Assembly (NCBI GenBank): GCA_963924565.1
Contig: OZ004614.1
Coordinates: 8,122,001-8,186,000 of the forward strand
Direction: 5' to 3'
Source: Ascidiella aspersa
Taxonomy: Eukaryota
Length of the DNA stretch: 64,000 nt
Every line of letters begins with the position of its first letter. The stretch's first letter is position 1. A program made the position numbers and the translations under genes. The notes beneath the pieces are model-generated. The model was not told where the DNA came from, made no database searches, and saw only the letters and a program-made list of their open reading frames with translations. Shown here piece after piece: positions 63,599 through 64,000 of the stretch.

Positions 63599-64000
63599 CT
63601 GAAGTGGAATCAAGCAACGGTTAAATATAGATTTCGTTCACTGGGTTCACCAAATGACCGTATTGACGAAGTTACCCTTCTGACCCACGTCATATTTCCC
63701 TAATAAACCGAAATTACGTTTATTGATAGTTTAATAACACAAAAGTTTGTCGGATGCAAATCTGAACTGATTTTTAGGAAGTTTGTATCTAAACGGCAAT
63801 TTTACAAAAATCACTCTTCATAGAGCTTGATAAATTATTTTCCAAGTTTCATTCTTTAAATAATATCCAAATTGCCAAATTTTGGACCAACATTTTATGT
63901 CCAGCTTGTGATATTCAGTCCCTACAGTTATCCGGCCCGCGAACTCCAGTTTACAGTTAGCCGGCCCAACATTAAAAGTCGGGCAACCCATGTTAGCCTA

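Overview
Eukaryotic genomic DNA with AT-rich introns, GC-richer exons and only GT-AG splice sites; most likely an invertebrate chordate (tunicate-like, an inference). I reconstructed five spliced genes by hand. (1) The 3' part (18 exons, about 1127 aa) of a FREM2/ECM3-type FRAS1-related extracellular matrix gene on + (2777-27651). (2) A complete 11-exon AADAT/kynurenine aminotransferase II-like gene on - (44266-32003, 436 aa). (3) A 5-exon secreted protein with two WSC-like repeats on - (54386-51216, 230 aa). (4) MED7 on + (55390-59894, 242 aa), head-to-head with gene 3. (5) The probable last two exons of an unidentified gene on - (63598-62247). Introns carry many hAT-type MITEs with 8-bp TSDs, a SPIN/Buster-like internal-deletion element, tandem duplications, and a 160-N gap. 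The most unusual feature is in the last AADAT intron: a 394-bp insertion (32687-33080) bounded by a 13-bp direct repeat. It contains a perfect 55-bp fold-back and a tRNA-like cloverleaf. Comparison with a second copy at 41782-42011 shows it is a circularly permuted monomer of a ~345-nt structured unit, opened at the apex of a long hairpin, which suggests a circular or tandem intermediate. Most short ORFs in the supplied track are spurious or are exon fragments extended into introns. All alignments were done by eye; no searches were run.
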